From assembly GCA_963751345.1 (NCBI GenBank), contig CAVVUS010000024.1, positions 32,001 to 96,000 of the forward strand: 64,000 bases of DNA. Direction: 5' to 3'. Of the stretch, positions 21,338 to 31,776 are shown one piece after another. Numbering within the stretch: the stretch's first letter is position 1; each line of letters opens with the position of its first letter. The position numbers were made by a program, and so were the translations under genes. Below the pieces are notes generated by a model. That model worked only from the letters and a program-made list of their open reading frames with translations, had not been told where the DNA came from and did no database searches. This stretch comes from an uncultured Chloroflexia bacterium. Its GTDB lineage: Bacteria; Chloroflexota; Anaerolineae; B4-G1; SLSP01.

Positions 21338-21655
21338 ATGAGCATCAAGAAGCAGTTTCTCAAGAGCAGATCCGACTGTAAAGTCACGTTCCGAGTACCT
21401 CGTGAGCAGGTGGAAGGTGCAGAGTCCGTCCAACTGGTCGGGGATTTCAACGACTGGGATGCCACAGCCACGCCGATGGACCGCCTTAAGAGCGGGGAGT
21501 TCACAGCCACGCTCTATTTGGACCTCGGGAAGGAAGTGGAGTTCCGCTATCTGGTCGATGGAACAACCTGGCTCAACGATGACATGGCGGATAGACAGGC
21601 ACCAACGCCCTACCCGAATGTGACAAACTCTGTGATCGACACCCACTCGAGCTGA
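21338..21655 (+). CDS. Isoamylase early-set (CBM48-like) domain protein
   Basis: CKVTF, LVGDFNDW, FRYLVDG..W.ND..AD. AAGGAG RBS. Confidence 0.88.
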   Translation: MSIKKQFLKSRSDCKVTFRVPREQVEGAESVQLVGDFNDWDATATPMDRLKSGEFTATLYLDLGKEVEFRYLVDGTTWLNDDMADRQAPTPYPNVTNSVIDTHSS

Positions 21656-21775
21656 AACCTCACCCGTGAAGGATCTCCTGCCCAAGAGCGTGTCTCGACG
21701 TGGCCCGAGATCCTTCACCGCACAGGCCCCCAGACATCACGGCATGGCGGCACCTCTCCGCACCGCGACGTTGAA

Positions 21776-21803
21776 TTGACAGCCAATTAGGTCAAGGTAA
21801 ACT
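21776..21803 (+). promoter_or_regulatory. Sigma70-type promoter of the FHA-wHTH/kinase operon
   Basis: TTGACA-16 nt-TAAACT. Confidence 0.6.
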
Positions 21804-21822
21804 TACGCGCAGAGGTACACGG

Positions 21823-22449
21823 ATGGCCGGCGAATCAGCGGAGAAGTCAACCCCCTATCTCGAGGACCCTACAGGACGCGAGCATCTGCTTAACGGCGAT
21901 AGCATTACCATCGGACGCGCCGTCACCAACGACATCGTCATCACCAGCAAGCGGGTCTCCCGCGAGCACGCGCGCATCCGGCGGGATGCGTGGCGTCGGA
22001 TCCTCGAGGATCTGGGAAGCACCAACGGCACGTTTCTCAACACGGAGCGCGTGGTAAACAAGCGTGAGCTACGTGATCGAGACCGCATCAAGATTGGTGA
22101 CGTCATCTTCACCTATCACGACCCTGACATCACCTATCGCGACACCGCCTTCCCCGAATTGGAGATTGACCTGACCGCAGGGCTGGTCCGCGTGAATCGT
22201 GAGGTCATTGAGTTGTCACCCAAGGAGTTCACGCTCATCGCCTACCTCTATGAGCGAAGCAATGAGGTCTGCTCGAAAGATGATATCGCGCGCGCCGTGT
22301 GGCCGGAGTACCAGAGCGACGTATACGATTATCAGATCGAGAACCTTGTTCGCCGTCTCCGTGCGAAGGTCGAGGTGGACCCCGGCGATCCCCAGCTCCT
22401 CCTCACCGTTCGCGGGTTGGGGTACAAGCTGGTAGCACACTATGGTTAG
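21823..22449 (+). CDS. FHA domain plus OmpR/PhoB-type winged-helix transcriptional regulator
   Basis: FHA motifs IGR, VSREHA and DLGSTNGT. Trans_reg_C motifs LSPKEF.L, VRRLRAKVE.DP..P and TVRGLGY. Confidence 0.92.
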   Translation: MAGESAEKSTPYLEDPTGREHLLNGDSITIGRAVTNDIVITSKRVSREHARIRRDAWRRILEDLGSTNGTFLNTERVVNKRELRDRDRIKIGDVIFTYHDPDITYRDTAFPELEIDLTAGLVRVNREVIELSPKEFTLIAYLYERSNEVCSKDDIARAVWPEYQSDVYDYQIENLVRRLRAKVEVDPGDPQLLLTVRGLGYKLVAHYG

Positions 22450-24022
22450 GGCCTCGTTTGAAGGACGAACGCTCGGTAAATACCGCGTCTTGGAGCCACT
22501 AGGACACGGCGGAATGGCCTGGGTCTACCGCGCCTATCATCCCCAGCTTGACCGCTACGTCGCCGTGAAGCTCCTCCGATCCGACCTCGTGGATGATGAG
22601 GAATTCCTCGCTCGGTTTCAGCGGGAGGCCCGTGCCGTTGCCAACCTGCGCCACCCTCATATCATCCAGGTGTTCGACTTCGATGTCGAGGATGGCGCCT
22701 ATTACATGGTGATGGAATACCTCGAAGGCGACACACTGAAGGCACGACTCAGTGACTACCGCACGCGCGGGGAGCAGATGCCGTTTGGCGAGATCGTGCG
22801 CATCATGCTGGATGTGCTGGATGGCCTGGCATACGCCCATGCCGAGGGCATGGTCCATCGCGACATCAAGCCCTCCAATATCCTGTTGACCAAGCGAGGT
22901 CAGGCCGTCCTGGGTGATTTCGGCATCGCACTGATGGTCGGTGGCGCGAAGTACACCGCGACGGGGGCATTGATGGGAACGCCCGAGTATATGTCGCCGG
23001 AACAGGGATTGCACGGACACAGTGACACGCGCAGCGATATCTACTCGATGGGGGTGATTCTCTTTGAGATGCTCACCCAGCGCGTCCCCTTCGAAGCAGA
23101 GACTCCCCTGGCCATCCTTATGAAACACATTAACGATCCCCTTTCACCACCGCGCGAGATCAACCCGGAGATCCCGATATCCCTCGAACGCATCGTTCTT
23201 AAGGCTATGGCGAAGGCGCCGGAGGACCGTTACGCGGATGCCGGATCGATGGCCGCAGCACTCCAAGGAGCTGTGGACGAGGCGGCTATCGGCCTACCCG
23301 AGCGCGTCTCGCTCCCCCTGTCCTTCCGGACCGTCGAGGCTCCCTTGGAATCCGTGGTCGTCGTCTCACGTGCTGCCGAACGTGAGCGCGTTGACAGCGA
23401 GGTAGCAGAGGCCGAGACAAACATCACACTTCCGAGAGTGCCCGTACTATCCCTCCCGGACGAAGTCGGGGAGAACGATGGCCCTCATGCCAATCACCGT
23501 GCGCGCCAGACGGCGGACGCGCCTCAGACGTCTGAAGCACGTCGGACGGCGCGCAGTCACCTCACCAGGGGCATCTTTATGGCCATTGGCATCGTATCTC
23601 TGGGGAACCTGTTCGGCATCACGGTCTCCTCGCTCTTGCGCAACTGGGCCATCTTCCAGAAGGGCTGGCCGATGGAGCTCCTCCTCGTAGGCGGCGCACT
23701 CTTCCTGCTGATGGCGGTCAGCCAATCGATCTGGCTCTCCATACCGGCGGCCGTGGTTGCCGTCAACGGCTTTCTCTTCACCTACACGGCATTCTCAGGC
23801 AACTGGCATCACTGGGCCTTCCTATGGATTGTCGAGGTCTGGATCGTCGCAGCCACCGTCATCACGTCCTCACTGCTCGCGCAGTCCCCTCCCAATGCCC
23901 GCAGAATCAGCCACGTGATCGGATGGGCCACCGGCGCAGCGATCTTGATCGCCTCGGTGGCCGTGCAGGGCGCCGCCCTTGCCATCGATTTCCTAAGCCG
24001 CTTCATCGGCTGGTTGCACTGA
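22442..24022 (+). CDS. Hanks-type Ser/Thr protein kinase with C-terminal multi-TM domain
   Basis: GHGGMA, VAVK, HRDIKPSN, DFG, GTPEYMSPEQ. About 5 hydrophobic helices at the C-terminus. Overlaps the regulator stop. Confidence 0.95.
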   Translation: MVRASFEGRTLGKYRVLEPLGHGGMAWVYRAYHPQLDRYVAVKLLRSDLVDDEEFLARFQREARAVANLRHPHIIQVFDFDVEDGAYYMVMEYLEGDTLKARLSDYRTRGEQMPFGEIVRIMLDVLDGLAYAHAEGMVHRDIKPSNILLTKRGQAVLGDFGIALMVGGAKYTATGALMGTPEYMSPEQGLHGHSDTRSDIYSMGVILFEMLTQRVPFEAETPLAILMKHINDPLSPPREINPEIPISLERIVLKAMAKAPEDRYADAGSMAAALQGAVDEAAIGLPERVSLPLSFRTVEAPLESVVVVSRAAERERVDSEVAEAETNITLPRVPVLSLPDEVGENDGPHANHRARQTADAPQTSEARRTARSHLTRGIFMAIGIVSLGNLFGITVSSLLRNWAIFQKGWPMELLLVGGALFLLMAVSQSIWLSIPAAVVAVNGFLFTYTAFSGNWHHWAFLWIVEVWIVAATVITSSLLAQSPPNARRISHVIGWATGAAILIASVAVQGAALAIDFLSRFIGWLH

Positions 24023-24196
24023 CCCCCTCTCGGCGGCTCGACCGCGACAAGCCACCCAGCGACGGCGCCAATCGCGGTGCTGAGTGCTGTAGGGACTACT
24101 TCGCCCACGGATTGTCGGTTGATAGCGGCAGAATAGGCGCCTCCAAACAGGCAGCGTATGCTGATTCCTGAAAGCACACCGAACTTTGGAGGCATC

Positions 24197-24937
24197 ATGA
24201 ACAAAAGACTTACGATTGGCATTGGTTTGGGTCTGATCTTCATCGGTATGATGGCGCTTGCCTCGGGACTATTGGGCGTTCTCTTCGATTTCAGGGTCTG
24301 GCATCTCTGGCCCGTCGTCGTGATCCTGGCGGGTCTGGGGATCGTATTGCCCGCAGCGCTGGGAAAACAGGGCGCGAAACTGGGGTGGCTCTACATCCTG
24401 GGACTGCCGACACTTACGACAGGCGTGATCCTGCTCGTCGCCAGTGTATTCAGGTTGTGGCGCATCTGGGCGACGCTGTGGCCCTTGGTGGTGATCGGCA
24501 CGGCACTGGGATTCCTCTTGACGGCCCTCAGGGTGCGCTCCCGAGGGCTCTTCGTCCCCGCGCTTCTTATCGGAGCTAACGGGCTATGCCTGCAGTTCTG
24601 TGCCGTCACAGGCTGGTGGCGCGCCTGGACGGTCCTCTGGGCGGTGGAGCCCATCGCCATCGGTATCGCGATTCTGATCCTCGACAGCGGGCAACACTCC
24701 AGGCGATGGCAGACCGTTGGCCTCATTTTCTGCGCGATCGGCGTCCTGGGCTTCCTTGAGGCATCATCGGCGGTAGCATTGGCATCGATACGTCCCCTGT
24801 GGTGGCTGTGGCGCTGGCTGACACCGATCGTCCTCATCCTGATCGGGGCGGGGCTACTGCTGTGGCAGATGCCGCGCCGGATTGCGACCTCAGAGAACAT
24901 GATCATCACAGATCACGCGGCCAGTGGAAGCAAATAG
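24197..24937 (+). CDS. Trp-rich multi-pass membrane protein (LiaI/LiaF-TM-like repeats)
   Basis: Repeated W..WP/W..LW helix units. GGAGG RBS. Confidence 0.7.
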   Translation: MNKRLTIGIGLGLIFIGMMALASGLLGVLFDFRVWHLWPVVVILAGLGIVLPAALGKQGAKLGWLYILGLPTLTTGVILLVASVFRLWRIWATLWPLVVIGTALGFLLTALRVRSRGLFVPALLIGANGLCLQFCAVTGWWRAWTVLWAVEPIAIGIAILILDSGQHSRRWQTVGLIFCAIGVLGFLEASSAVALASIRPLWWLWRWLTPIVLILIGAGLLLWQMPRRIATSENMIITDHAASGSK

Positions 24938-25101
24938 GCGCAGATCGGGTCGACCACGTAACTCGACCCTGCAAAAGTGTTAGAATACTGTATATGACAC
25001 TAAGCTCCGGCAAACGTGGAGCTTTGCGACGCGGTCACACACTCACATTCGCCACAGCCAAGGCACCTGGCACGCTACCAGGCGCTGGGAGTGGAGGCAT
25101 C

Positions 25102-25783
25102 ATGTTACGGCAAGCAGTATACTGGTTATCGAGGCCGCTCATCGGCCTGTACGGTCGGATGCTCAAGCTGGATGTTGAGCGTCACGAACAGTTACCCAAA
25201 GGGGCGAAGATCATCGCCGCGAATCATCCCAGTACATCGGATCCTTTCCTGGTGGCCTGGTCACGCGGGAGCCGCCGATGCTCATCTCGGTGTTCCCCTC
25301 TTCGGCGCCTATCTGCGCGCGTCCGGACACATCCCTGTCGTAGCGGATGACGGTCATCCTGCCTTCGAGGCTGCCGAAAGGCACCTCCAAAATGGAGGGA
25401 CCTTGATCGTATTTCCGGAAGGCCAACTCAGCCCCCGGGAGGGCGGGTTTCAGGAGCCACACACGGGCCTCGCTCGCCTGGCGTTGATAACCGGCGTCCC
25501 GGTGATTCCCATGGGTATCAGCCTCTCACCACGAGGGTTGTGGCATGTCGAGAGTGACATGGGGGACAAGTGGGTCGTCAGTCGCTACGCACTTCGGGGA
25601 CCGTACGGCGTCACCGTGGGGCGCCCCCTTCACCTTACAGGGGATGTTGAGGATCGGGCGTACGTTCGTATGGCATCGCGGCGAGTGATGCATGGCATCG
25701 CGGACCTGGCCGAGGAAAGCCGGGAGCGTCTTCAGGCGCCCTTCCTCTGGCCCTCAATCCTGGAGCCGTTGGTACCGGGTTAG
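25102..25783 (+). CDS. Lysophospholipid (1-acyl-G3P) acyltransferase, PlsC-like, frameshift near 25265
   Basis: NHPSTSD (HxxxxD) and VFPEG...TGLARLAL..GVPVIP in two frames. Confidence 0.85.
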
Positions 25784-25822
25784 GGCTGCACGACGGCCGA
25801 AGCGGTTCCGGGTGTGAGCCTC

Positions 25823-26443
25823 CTACTTTCGCCGCCGCGCGAGCTCATCGCGCACCTCGTCCAGGGTGAGGTCACGGGACGCAAGCAGGACAAGTAAATG
25901 GTAGACCAGATCCGCGGACTCCTCGATGAGCCGCTGACCGCTCTGGCCCTTGCCCGCAAGCACCACTTCCATGGCCTCTTCCCCAACCTTCTTCAGGATC
26001 TCGTCCCCGCCCGCCAGCAACTTCGCCGTATAGGAACCCGGTGATGGATTGTCCTTGCGATCCTCGATGACGGCGAAGAGTTCGTCCAGAACGTCATTCG
26101 TCACCATCGGCGTCTCGTCCGTCGACCATAGGCGGCGATAGAAGCAGCTCTGCGCACCCGTGTGACACGCCGGGCCCGCCGGATCGACCTTGAGTAGGAG
26201 CACGTCCGCGTCGCAGTCCACCCATATCTCGCGGACACGCTGGACGTTGCCTGATGTAGCGCCCTTGTGCCACAGCTCCTCGCGACTCCGGCTCCAGAAG
26301 TGGGCCTCCCCGGTCTCCTGCGTCAGCCGCAGGGCCTCATCGTTCATCCAGGCCACCATCAGGATCTGTCCGTTCTCAGCGTCCTGTAACACCGCGGGGA
26401 TCAGCCCGCGGGAATCATACTTCAAAGGAACATCGTTTCCCAT
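25823..26443 (-). CDS. hisIE: Bifunctional phosphoribosyl-AMP cyclohydrolase/phosphoribosyl-ATP pyrophosphatase
   Basis: WSRSR.ELW.KGATSG, DCDAD, ACHTG..SCF, KKVGEE, ESADL.YH. Confidence 0.96.
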   Translation of the reverse strand: MGNDVPLKYDSRGLIPAVLQDAENGQILMVAWMNDEALRLTQETGEAHFWSRSREELWHKGATSGNVQRVREIWVDCDADVLLLKVDPAGPACHTGAQSCFYRRLWSTDETPMVTNDVLDELFAVIEDRKDNPSPGSYTAKLLAGGDEILKKVGEEAMEVVLAGKGQSGQRLIEESADLVYHLLVLLASRDLTLDEVRDELARRRK

Positions 26444-26464
26444 CTTCGCCACCTCTTTCGGGCC

Positions 26465-27230
26465 CTATTGACGAACGACAACACCGTGTGCACCCAAGTA
26501 GGTCTTCACCTCGCCGATGCTGAGCACGCGATCGTGAAAGAGTGAGGCAGCCAGGGCCGCATCGGCCCTTCCCGGCGGTCAGCACCTCGGCGAAGTGGGC
26601 CATCGTGCCCGCCCCACCGCTCGCGATCACCGGCACCGAAACCGCCTCGGCGACCGCACGGGTTAGCTCGATATCATAGCCTGCCAACGTGCCGTCGCTG
26701 TCCATGCTCGTGAGCAAGATCTCACCGGCACCCCGGCTGACGCCCTCGGCGCACCACATTATAGCATCCAGGCCTGTCGGAATGCGACCGCCGCTGATGT
26801 AAACCTCCCATCGCAGCGGATCCAGCGAAACACGCTTGGCATCGACGGCGAGCACAATACATTGGCTGCCAAATCGCTCGGCCCCGGCGCTGAGAATCTC
26901 CGGCGTACGCACGGCGGCAGAGTTGATACTGACCTTGTCCGCCCCGGCTAACAGCAGATTGCGGACATCCTCGATCTTCCGCACGCCTCCGCCCACGGTG
27001 AAGGGCATAAAGACCTCCACGGCAACCTGACGGACGACGTCAATCATCGTCTGGCGCCCCTCGTGGGTTGCCGAGATGTCCAGGAAGACCAACTCGTCGG
27101 CGCCCTGCTCGTCGTAGATGCGTGCCTGCTCCACCGGATCTCCCGCGTCCCTCAGGTTGACAAAGTTCACGCCCTTGACGACACGGCCCTCTTTGACATC
27201 GAGACAGGGGATGATGCGCTTGGCCAACAT
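26465..27230 (-). CDS. hisF: Imidazole glycerol phosphate synthase cyclase subunit, frameshift near 26568
   Basis: [41 protein letters not shown] is in the shifted frame. Confidence 0.95.
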
Positions 27231-27240
27231 AGCAACCTCC

Positions 27241-27999
27241 TTAACTAGATGCGTCGCCGCCGGCCGCGGCGACACCGCCGGCTGCGGCGACAGCGTCCGC
27301 CAGTCGAATCTGGCCTTCGTAAAGCGCCCGTCCGATGATCACACCTGACAGCCCGGCAACCTTGACACGCCTGACGTCCTCAAGGGTACGGACACCCCCG
27401 GACGCGATCACGCTCAGCCCGGTCTCGCGCGCCAGGTTCAGGGTCGCGTCGACGTTGACGCCGCTTCCCATCCCGTCCCTGGAAATGTCCGTGAAGATCA
27501 GCCAACGCCCCCCCAGATCGGCCCAGCGTTTCGCCAGATCCAACGCCCGGAGCGATGCCGCCTCCTGCCATCCCCGGATCTGGGCGACGCCATCACGGGC
27601 ATCGATCCCGACGGCGACGTATTCCGGCCCATACCGGGCAAGCGCCGCACTGACAAACGCGGGATCTTCGACGAAGGCCGTGCCCACCACGACGCGGGAG
27701 ACACCCAGATCGAGCGCTCTCGACAAGGTAGCCATATCCCGCATGCCTCCCCCGAACTGGACCGGCAGCGACGTCTCCAGGATACGGGCGAGTGCCTTCT
27801 GATTCTCATGGCCCGACTCGCCGAAGGCGCCGTCGAGGTTCACGACGTGAAGCCAATGCGCGCCGGCCTCCTTCCACTGCCGTGCCACGCGCAGCGGGTC
27901 GTCGCCATAGGCTGTCTCTCGGTCGGGATCGCCCTGCGCCAAGCGCACGACGCGTCCCTGCCGGAGGTCGATGGCCGGATAGATCTCGAAGTCGGTCAT
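27241..27999 (-). CDS. hisA: ProFAR isomerase
   Basis: [31 protein letters not shown]. Confidence 0.96.
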   Translation of the reverse strand: MTDFEIYPAIDLRQGRVVRLAQGDPDRETAYGDDPLRVARQWKEAGAHWLHVVNLDGAFGESGHENQKALARILETSLPVQFGGGMRDMATLSRALDLGVSRVVVGTAFVEDPAFVSAALARYGPEYVAVGIDARDGVAQIRGWQEAASLRALDLAKRWADLGGRWLIFTDISRDGMGSGVNVDATLNLARETGLSVIASGGVRTLEDVRRVKVAGLSGVIIGRALYEGQIRLADAVAAAGGVAAAGGDASS

Positions 28000-28616
28000 G
28001 CTGATGCCTCGCCAGGTTGGCGCACGAAGTTCCGCAGGATGTGAAGCCCGACGTGCTGGCTCTTTTCGGGATGAAATTGAACCCCCAGAAGCCGGCCGTG
28101 CCCAACGACCGAGGCGAAAGGGCCGCCATAGTCGGTCACGGCCAATGTGTCGGCATCGGTGGCCTGGCAGTAGTAGCCGTGGTTGAAGTAAGTCCAGGCG
28201 CCTGCCGGCAGATCTGCAAGCAGTTCGCTATCTCCCACCGGCTCCACCTGATTCCATCCGGTGTGTGGCACCTTTAGCGCATCATCGATCTCGAATGGCA
28301 CCACACGCCCGGAAAGCAGTCCCAGGCCCTCGTGTCCACCGAGCTCCTCGCCATATTCAAACAGCACCTGCATCCCCACGCAGATGCCGAGAAAGGGCGT
28401 CCCGGCGTCCACCACCCGGCGGATAGCCCCGATCAGGTTCAGCCGGGCCAAACTCTCCATGCAATCCGCAAAGGCCCCTACTCCCGGCATCACGACTTTC
28501 TCAGCCTCGAGAACAGCCGCCGGTTCCTGCGTCAGGATGACGTCGGCACCCACCGCCATAAGGGCTTTGTGGACCGAGCGGACGTTGCCCGCCCCGTAGT
28601 CGATCAGTGCGATCAT
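27996..28616 (-). CDS. hisH: Imidazole glycerol phosphate synthase glutaminase subunit
   Basis: IDYGAGN, PGVGAF, LGICVGMQ, QFHPEKS. Confidence 0.96.
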   Translation of the reverse strand: MIALIDYGAGNVRSVHKALMAVGADVILTQEPAAVLEAEKVVMPGVGAFADCMESLARLNLIGAIRRVVDAGTPFLGICVGMQVLFEYGEELGGHEGLGLLSGRVVPFEIDDALKVPHTGWNQVEPVGDSELLADLPAGAWTYFNHGYYCQATDADTLAVTDYGGPFASVVGHGRLLGVQFHPEKSQHVGLHILRNFVRQPGEASA

Positions 28617-29203
28617 CAGAGTACTCCCTTAGTGGACGGCACGACATTCCCTCGCCGCGGGTCAAGCTGCGTTGCAGCGTCGAGCGATCTTCCCATTGCC
28701 TTAAAGAGCGCCTCGGCCTTGTGGTGATCGTCACGCCCGTAGAGCACGCGCGCGTGTACATTGGCGCGGGCTGTGATGGCAAAGGATTCGACGAAATGCT
28801 CCCAGAGCGTGACCGGTACACCGCCGACGTCTTGCCCCGTCCACGTCACGTCCACGACGGCGTAAGGGCGACCGGAAAGATCCACGGCCACGAATCCCAG
28901 CGTCTCATCCATCGGCACGTAGGCAGATCCCATCCGCACAATTCCCTTCCGCGTTCCCAGTGCCTGGTCGAAGGCGGCGCCCAACACCAAGGCAACGTCC
29001 TCGACGGTGTGATGCGGGTCGACCTCGAGATCGCCCTCCGCGTGGACGCTCAGATCGAAAAGGCCGTGGACGGCGACGTGCCGGAGCATATGGTCCAGAA
29101 AGCCTATCCCGGTCGAAATCTCACAGTCGCCACTGCCATCCAGGTTCAGTGCCATCGAAATCCTGGTCTCCCGCGTCTCACGCTCTAGCTGAGCAGATCG
29201 CAT
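28616..29203 (-). CDS. hisB: Imidazoleglycerol-phosphate dehydratase (monofunctional)
   Basis: [35 protein letters not shown]. Confidence 0.97.
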   Translation of the reverse strand: MRSAQLERETRETRISMALNLDGSGDCEISTGIGFLDHMLRHVAVHGLFDLSVHAEGDLEVDPHHTVEDVALVLGAAFDQALGTRKGIVRMGSAYVPMDETLGFVAVDLSGRPYAVVDVTWTGQDVGGVPVTLWEHFVESFAITARANVHARVLYGRDDHHKAEALFKAMGRSLDAATQLDPRRGNVVPSTKGVL

Positions 29204-29265
29204 TTCCCACTCCTTCCCCCGAAGTGCCGCAGATGGGCGAAGACGTCCCAGAAAGTCCAGGGCAC

Positions 29266-30363
29266 CTATGAAAGCCGCCGCAGTACCGCGATGACCGCGT
29301 CGGTCTGCTCGGGCTTCCCCACGGTGAATCGCACGTGATCCGCCAGGCGCGCCGTCCGATAGTAGCGGATCAAGATGCCCTCGCCCTCCAAGGCCAGTTT
29401 GAGACCCTCAGCCTCACGGCCCAGCACCCGGCAAAGGATGAAATTCGACGCCGAGGGATAAGGCCGCAAGTATGGAATCGAGGCCAGTAACTCGCCAAAG
29501 CGCCCGCGCTCCCGCACGATCCGGTCGACCTTGTCGGTGAGCCAGGGCAGATCCTGGAGCGCCGCAACCGCCGCCGCCGAGGCAGCCACGGAGACGTTGT
29601 ACGGCTGCTTGATCTTCCACAGATGCGGCATCAGCGCCGCAGGAAACGCCCCGTAGCCCACGCGCAGCCCCGCAAGCCCCGCAAGTTTGCTGAAGGTCCG
29701 CAGGACGATCAGGTTGTCGCGCTCCACCACCCAGCCGATACGGCTTTTCGCCATACCGGCGAACTCGACGTACGCCTCGTCGAGGACGACGACCACGGGG
29801 AGCGCCAGCAGCCGGGCCAACGTCGCATCCGACAGCCAACTACCATCGGGGTTGTTGGGCGACGTGACGAAAAGCAGCTTGGGATGATGCTCACCCACTG
29901 CCGCCTCAACCGCCTCTACGTCGATGGCAAAATCGTCCCGCCTCGGCACCGAGACCACACCCGCGCCATTGATTGCGGCGTCAAAGGGATACATACCAAA
30001 CGTTGGCGGGCAGTTGAGGATGGTGTCTCCGCGCTGGAGGAAGAGGCGCATGATCAAATCCAGAAGCTCGTCCGCCCCGGCCCCGGCGAGCAGGATCTCC
30101 GCGGGCAGCCCAGTGAACTCGGCCAGGGCGGCGCGCAGGGCGCGGCTCTCCGGATCGGGGTAGATATGCACGTCCGCCACATCGGCAAGCGCCGCGCGCA
30201 CGCGCGGCGAGGGACCGTAGGGATTTTCGTTGGCATCGAGTTTGATGATCTCGTCGGGAGCGCGCCCCAGTCGCGCAGCCAGCACGTCAAAAGGAAAGAT
30301 GGGCGTATACGGCTCCATCGTCGCAATGTCGGCTCTGATGAGGTCGGTCACGTTCGTTGGCAT
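29266..30363 (-). CDS. hisC: Histidinol-phosphate aminotransferase
   Basis: [36 protein letters not shown]. Confidence 0.96.
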   Translation of the reverse strand: MPTNVTDLIRADIATMEPYTPIFPFDVLAARLGRAPDEIIKLDANENPYGPSPRVRAALADVADVHIYPDPESRALRAALAEFTGLPAEILLAGAGADELLDLIMRLFLQRGDTILNCPPTFGMYPFDAAINGAGVVSVPRRDDFAIDVEAVEAAVGEHHPKLLFVTSPNNPDGSWLSDATLARLLALPVVVVLDEAYVEFAGMAKSRIGWVVERDNLIVLRTFSKLAGLAGLRVGYGAFPAALMPHLWKIKQPYNVSVAASAAAVAALQDLPWLTDKVDRIVRERGRFGELLASIPYLRPYPSASNFILCRVLGREAEGLKLALEGEGILIRYYRTARLADHVRFTVGKPEQTDAVIAVLRRLS

Positions 30364-30438
30364 ATTCCACTCCGGATGGTCATCTCACAAGCCGGTAACG
30401 GGTAACGAGTGATCGGAGGCATCCGTGTAATCCGTGGT

Positions 30439-31776
30439 TCAGACATTCTCCTCCCCCCGATACCGGGCCGCAGCCGCGTGAGCGGTGAGCGACTCCGCCG
30501 AAGCCAGGCGATCGGCGTCCGGCGCCAGCGCGTGCGCCGTCGCCGCATCCAGGCCGATCAAGTTCACCACCTTGACGAAATCGAGTACATTGACCGGACC
30601 CTTGAAACGCGCGGTCCCCCCGGTGGGCATGATATGACTGGGGCCGGCAACGTAGTCACCCAGCACCTCGAACGAGTGCTCACCCAGGAAAATACCCCCG
30701 GCATTGCGTATCTTGCCGGCCCACACGCCCGGCTCCGCCACCGAGAGGCACAGGTGCTCAGGCGCGAACGCGTCTGCAAGCCGCACCGCCGTCGCCAGGT
30801 CCGGCGTGAGGACGATGCCGCCCTGCCCGGCCAAGGATGTGGCGACGATTTCAGCACGGCTCAACGCCTCGATCTGGTGCGCCACCTCGGTCTGAACGGC
30901 TTCAGCCAGTTCCCGCGAGGGCGTGAGCAGGATCGCGGTCGCCAGGACGTCGTGCTCAGCCTGTGCCAGGAGGTCCGCCGCGACCCAGGCGGGATTTGCA
31001 GTGTCATCAGCCACGACGACCGTCTCAGTAGGCCCATAGAGCCCGTCCAGTCCGACGATTCCGTACACCTGGCGCTTGGCGACGGTCGTGAAGAGCCCAC
31101 CGGCCCCCACGACCTTGTCCACGCGGGGCACGCTATCCGTGCCGAACGCGAGAGCGGCAACGGCGAGCGCGCCGCCCAACGCGAAAAGGCGGTCAACACC
31201 GGCGACGTAGGCCGCAGCGAGTATCAATGGTGACGGCGCGCCGGTCTCTCTCGCAGCCGGCGTGCAGACGACGATCTCGTCCACACCGGCGACACGCGCC
31301 GGGAGGGCCCCCATCAAGAGCGAGGAAGGCAGGGGCGCCGTGCCACCGGGCACATAGAGTCCCACCCGTTGGAGCGGCACCAGACGCTGCCCGAGCATCC
31401 CTCCCATCTCATCCGTGGTCCAGTTCGGTATCGGCTGTCGGCTGTGGAAGTCACGAATTCGGTCGGCGGCCCGATTGAGCGAATCCCTCAACTCCGGCTT
31501 GAGCGATGCATAGGCAGCTTCCCAGTCCGACGCCGGTATCTCCAGTGCCTCGACGGAGACGCCGTCGATGCGCCGGGTCCACTCACGCAGCGCCGCATCG
31601 CCGCGCACACGGACGTCGGCCAGAAGCCGCGCAACAGCAGCCTCCGGTGTCAGCCTCTCGCCAAAGACCCGCTCGATACTGGCGAGCACGACCTCGGGGA
31701 CGTCCTCCAGCGTCAGCATCGTCCGACGCGTCAGGATGCGCGATCCCTGTGCCGGATCATCGTAGATCCTGATCAT
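30439..31776 (-). CDS. hisD: Histidinol dehydrogenase
   Basis: GLYVPGG, GPTE, DLLAQAEH, APEHL, GDYVAGPSH.MPTGG. Confidence 0.97.
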   Translation of the reverse strand: MIRIYDDPAQGSRILTRRTMLTLEDVPEVVLASIERVFGERLTPEAAVARLLADVRVRGDAALREWTRRIDGVSVEALEIPASDWEAAYASLKPELRDSLNRAADRIRDFHSRQPIPNWTTDEMGGMLGQRLVPLQRVGLYVPGGTAPLPSSLLMGALPARVAGVDEIVVCTPAARETGAPSPLILAAAYVAGVDRLFALGGALAVAALAFGTDSVPRVDKVVGAGGLFTTVAKRQVYGIVGLDGLYGPTETVVVADDTANPAWVAADLLAQAEHDVLATAILLTPSRELAEAVQTEVAHQIEALSRAEIVATSLAGQGGIVLTPDLATAVRLADAFAPEHLCLSVAEPGVWAGKIRNAGGIFLGEHSFEVLGDYVAGPSHIMPTGGTARFKGPVNVLDFVKVVNLIGLDAATAHALAPDADRLASAESLTAHAAAARYRGEENV

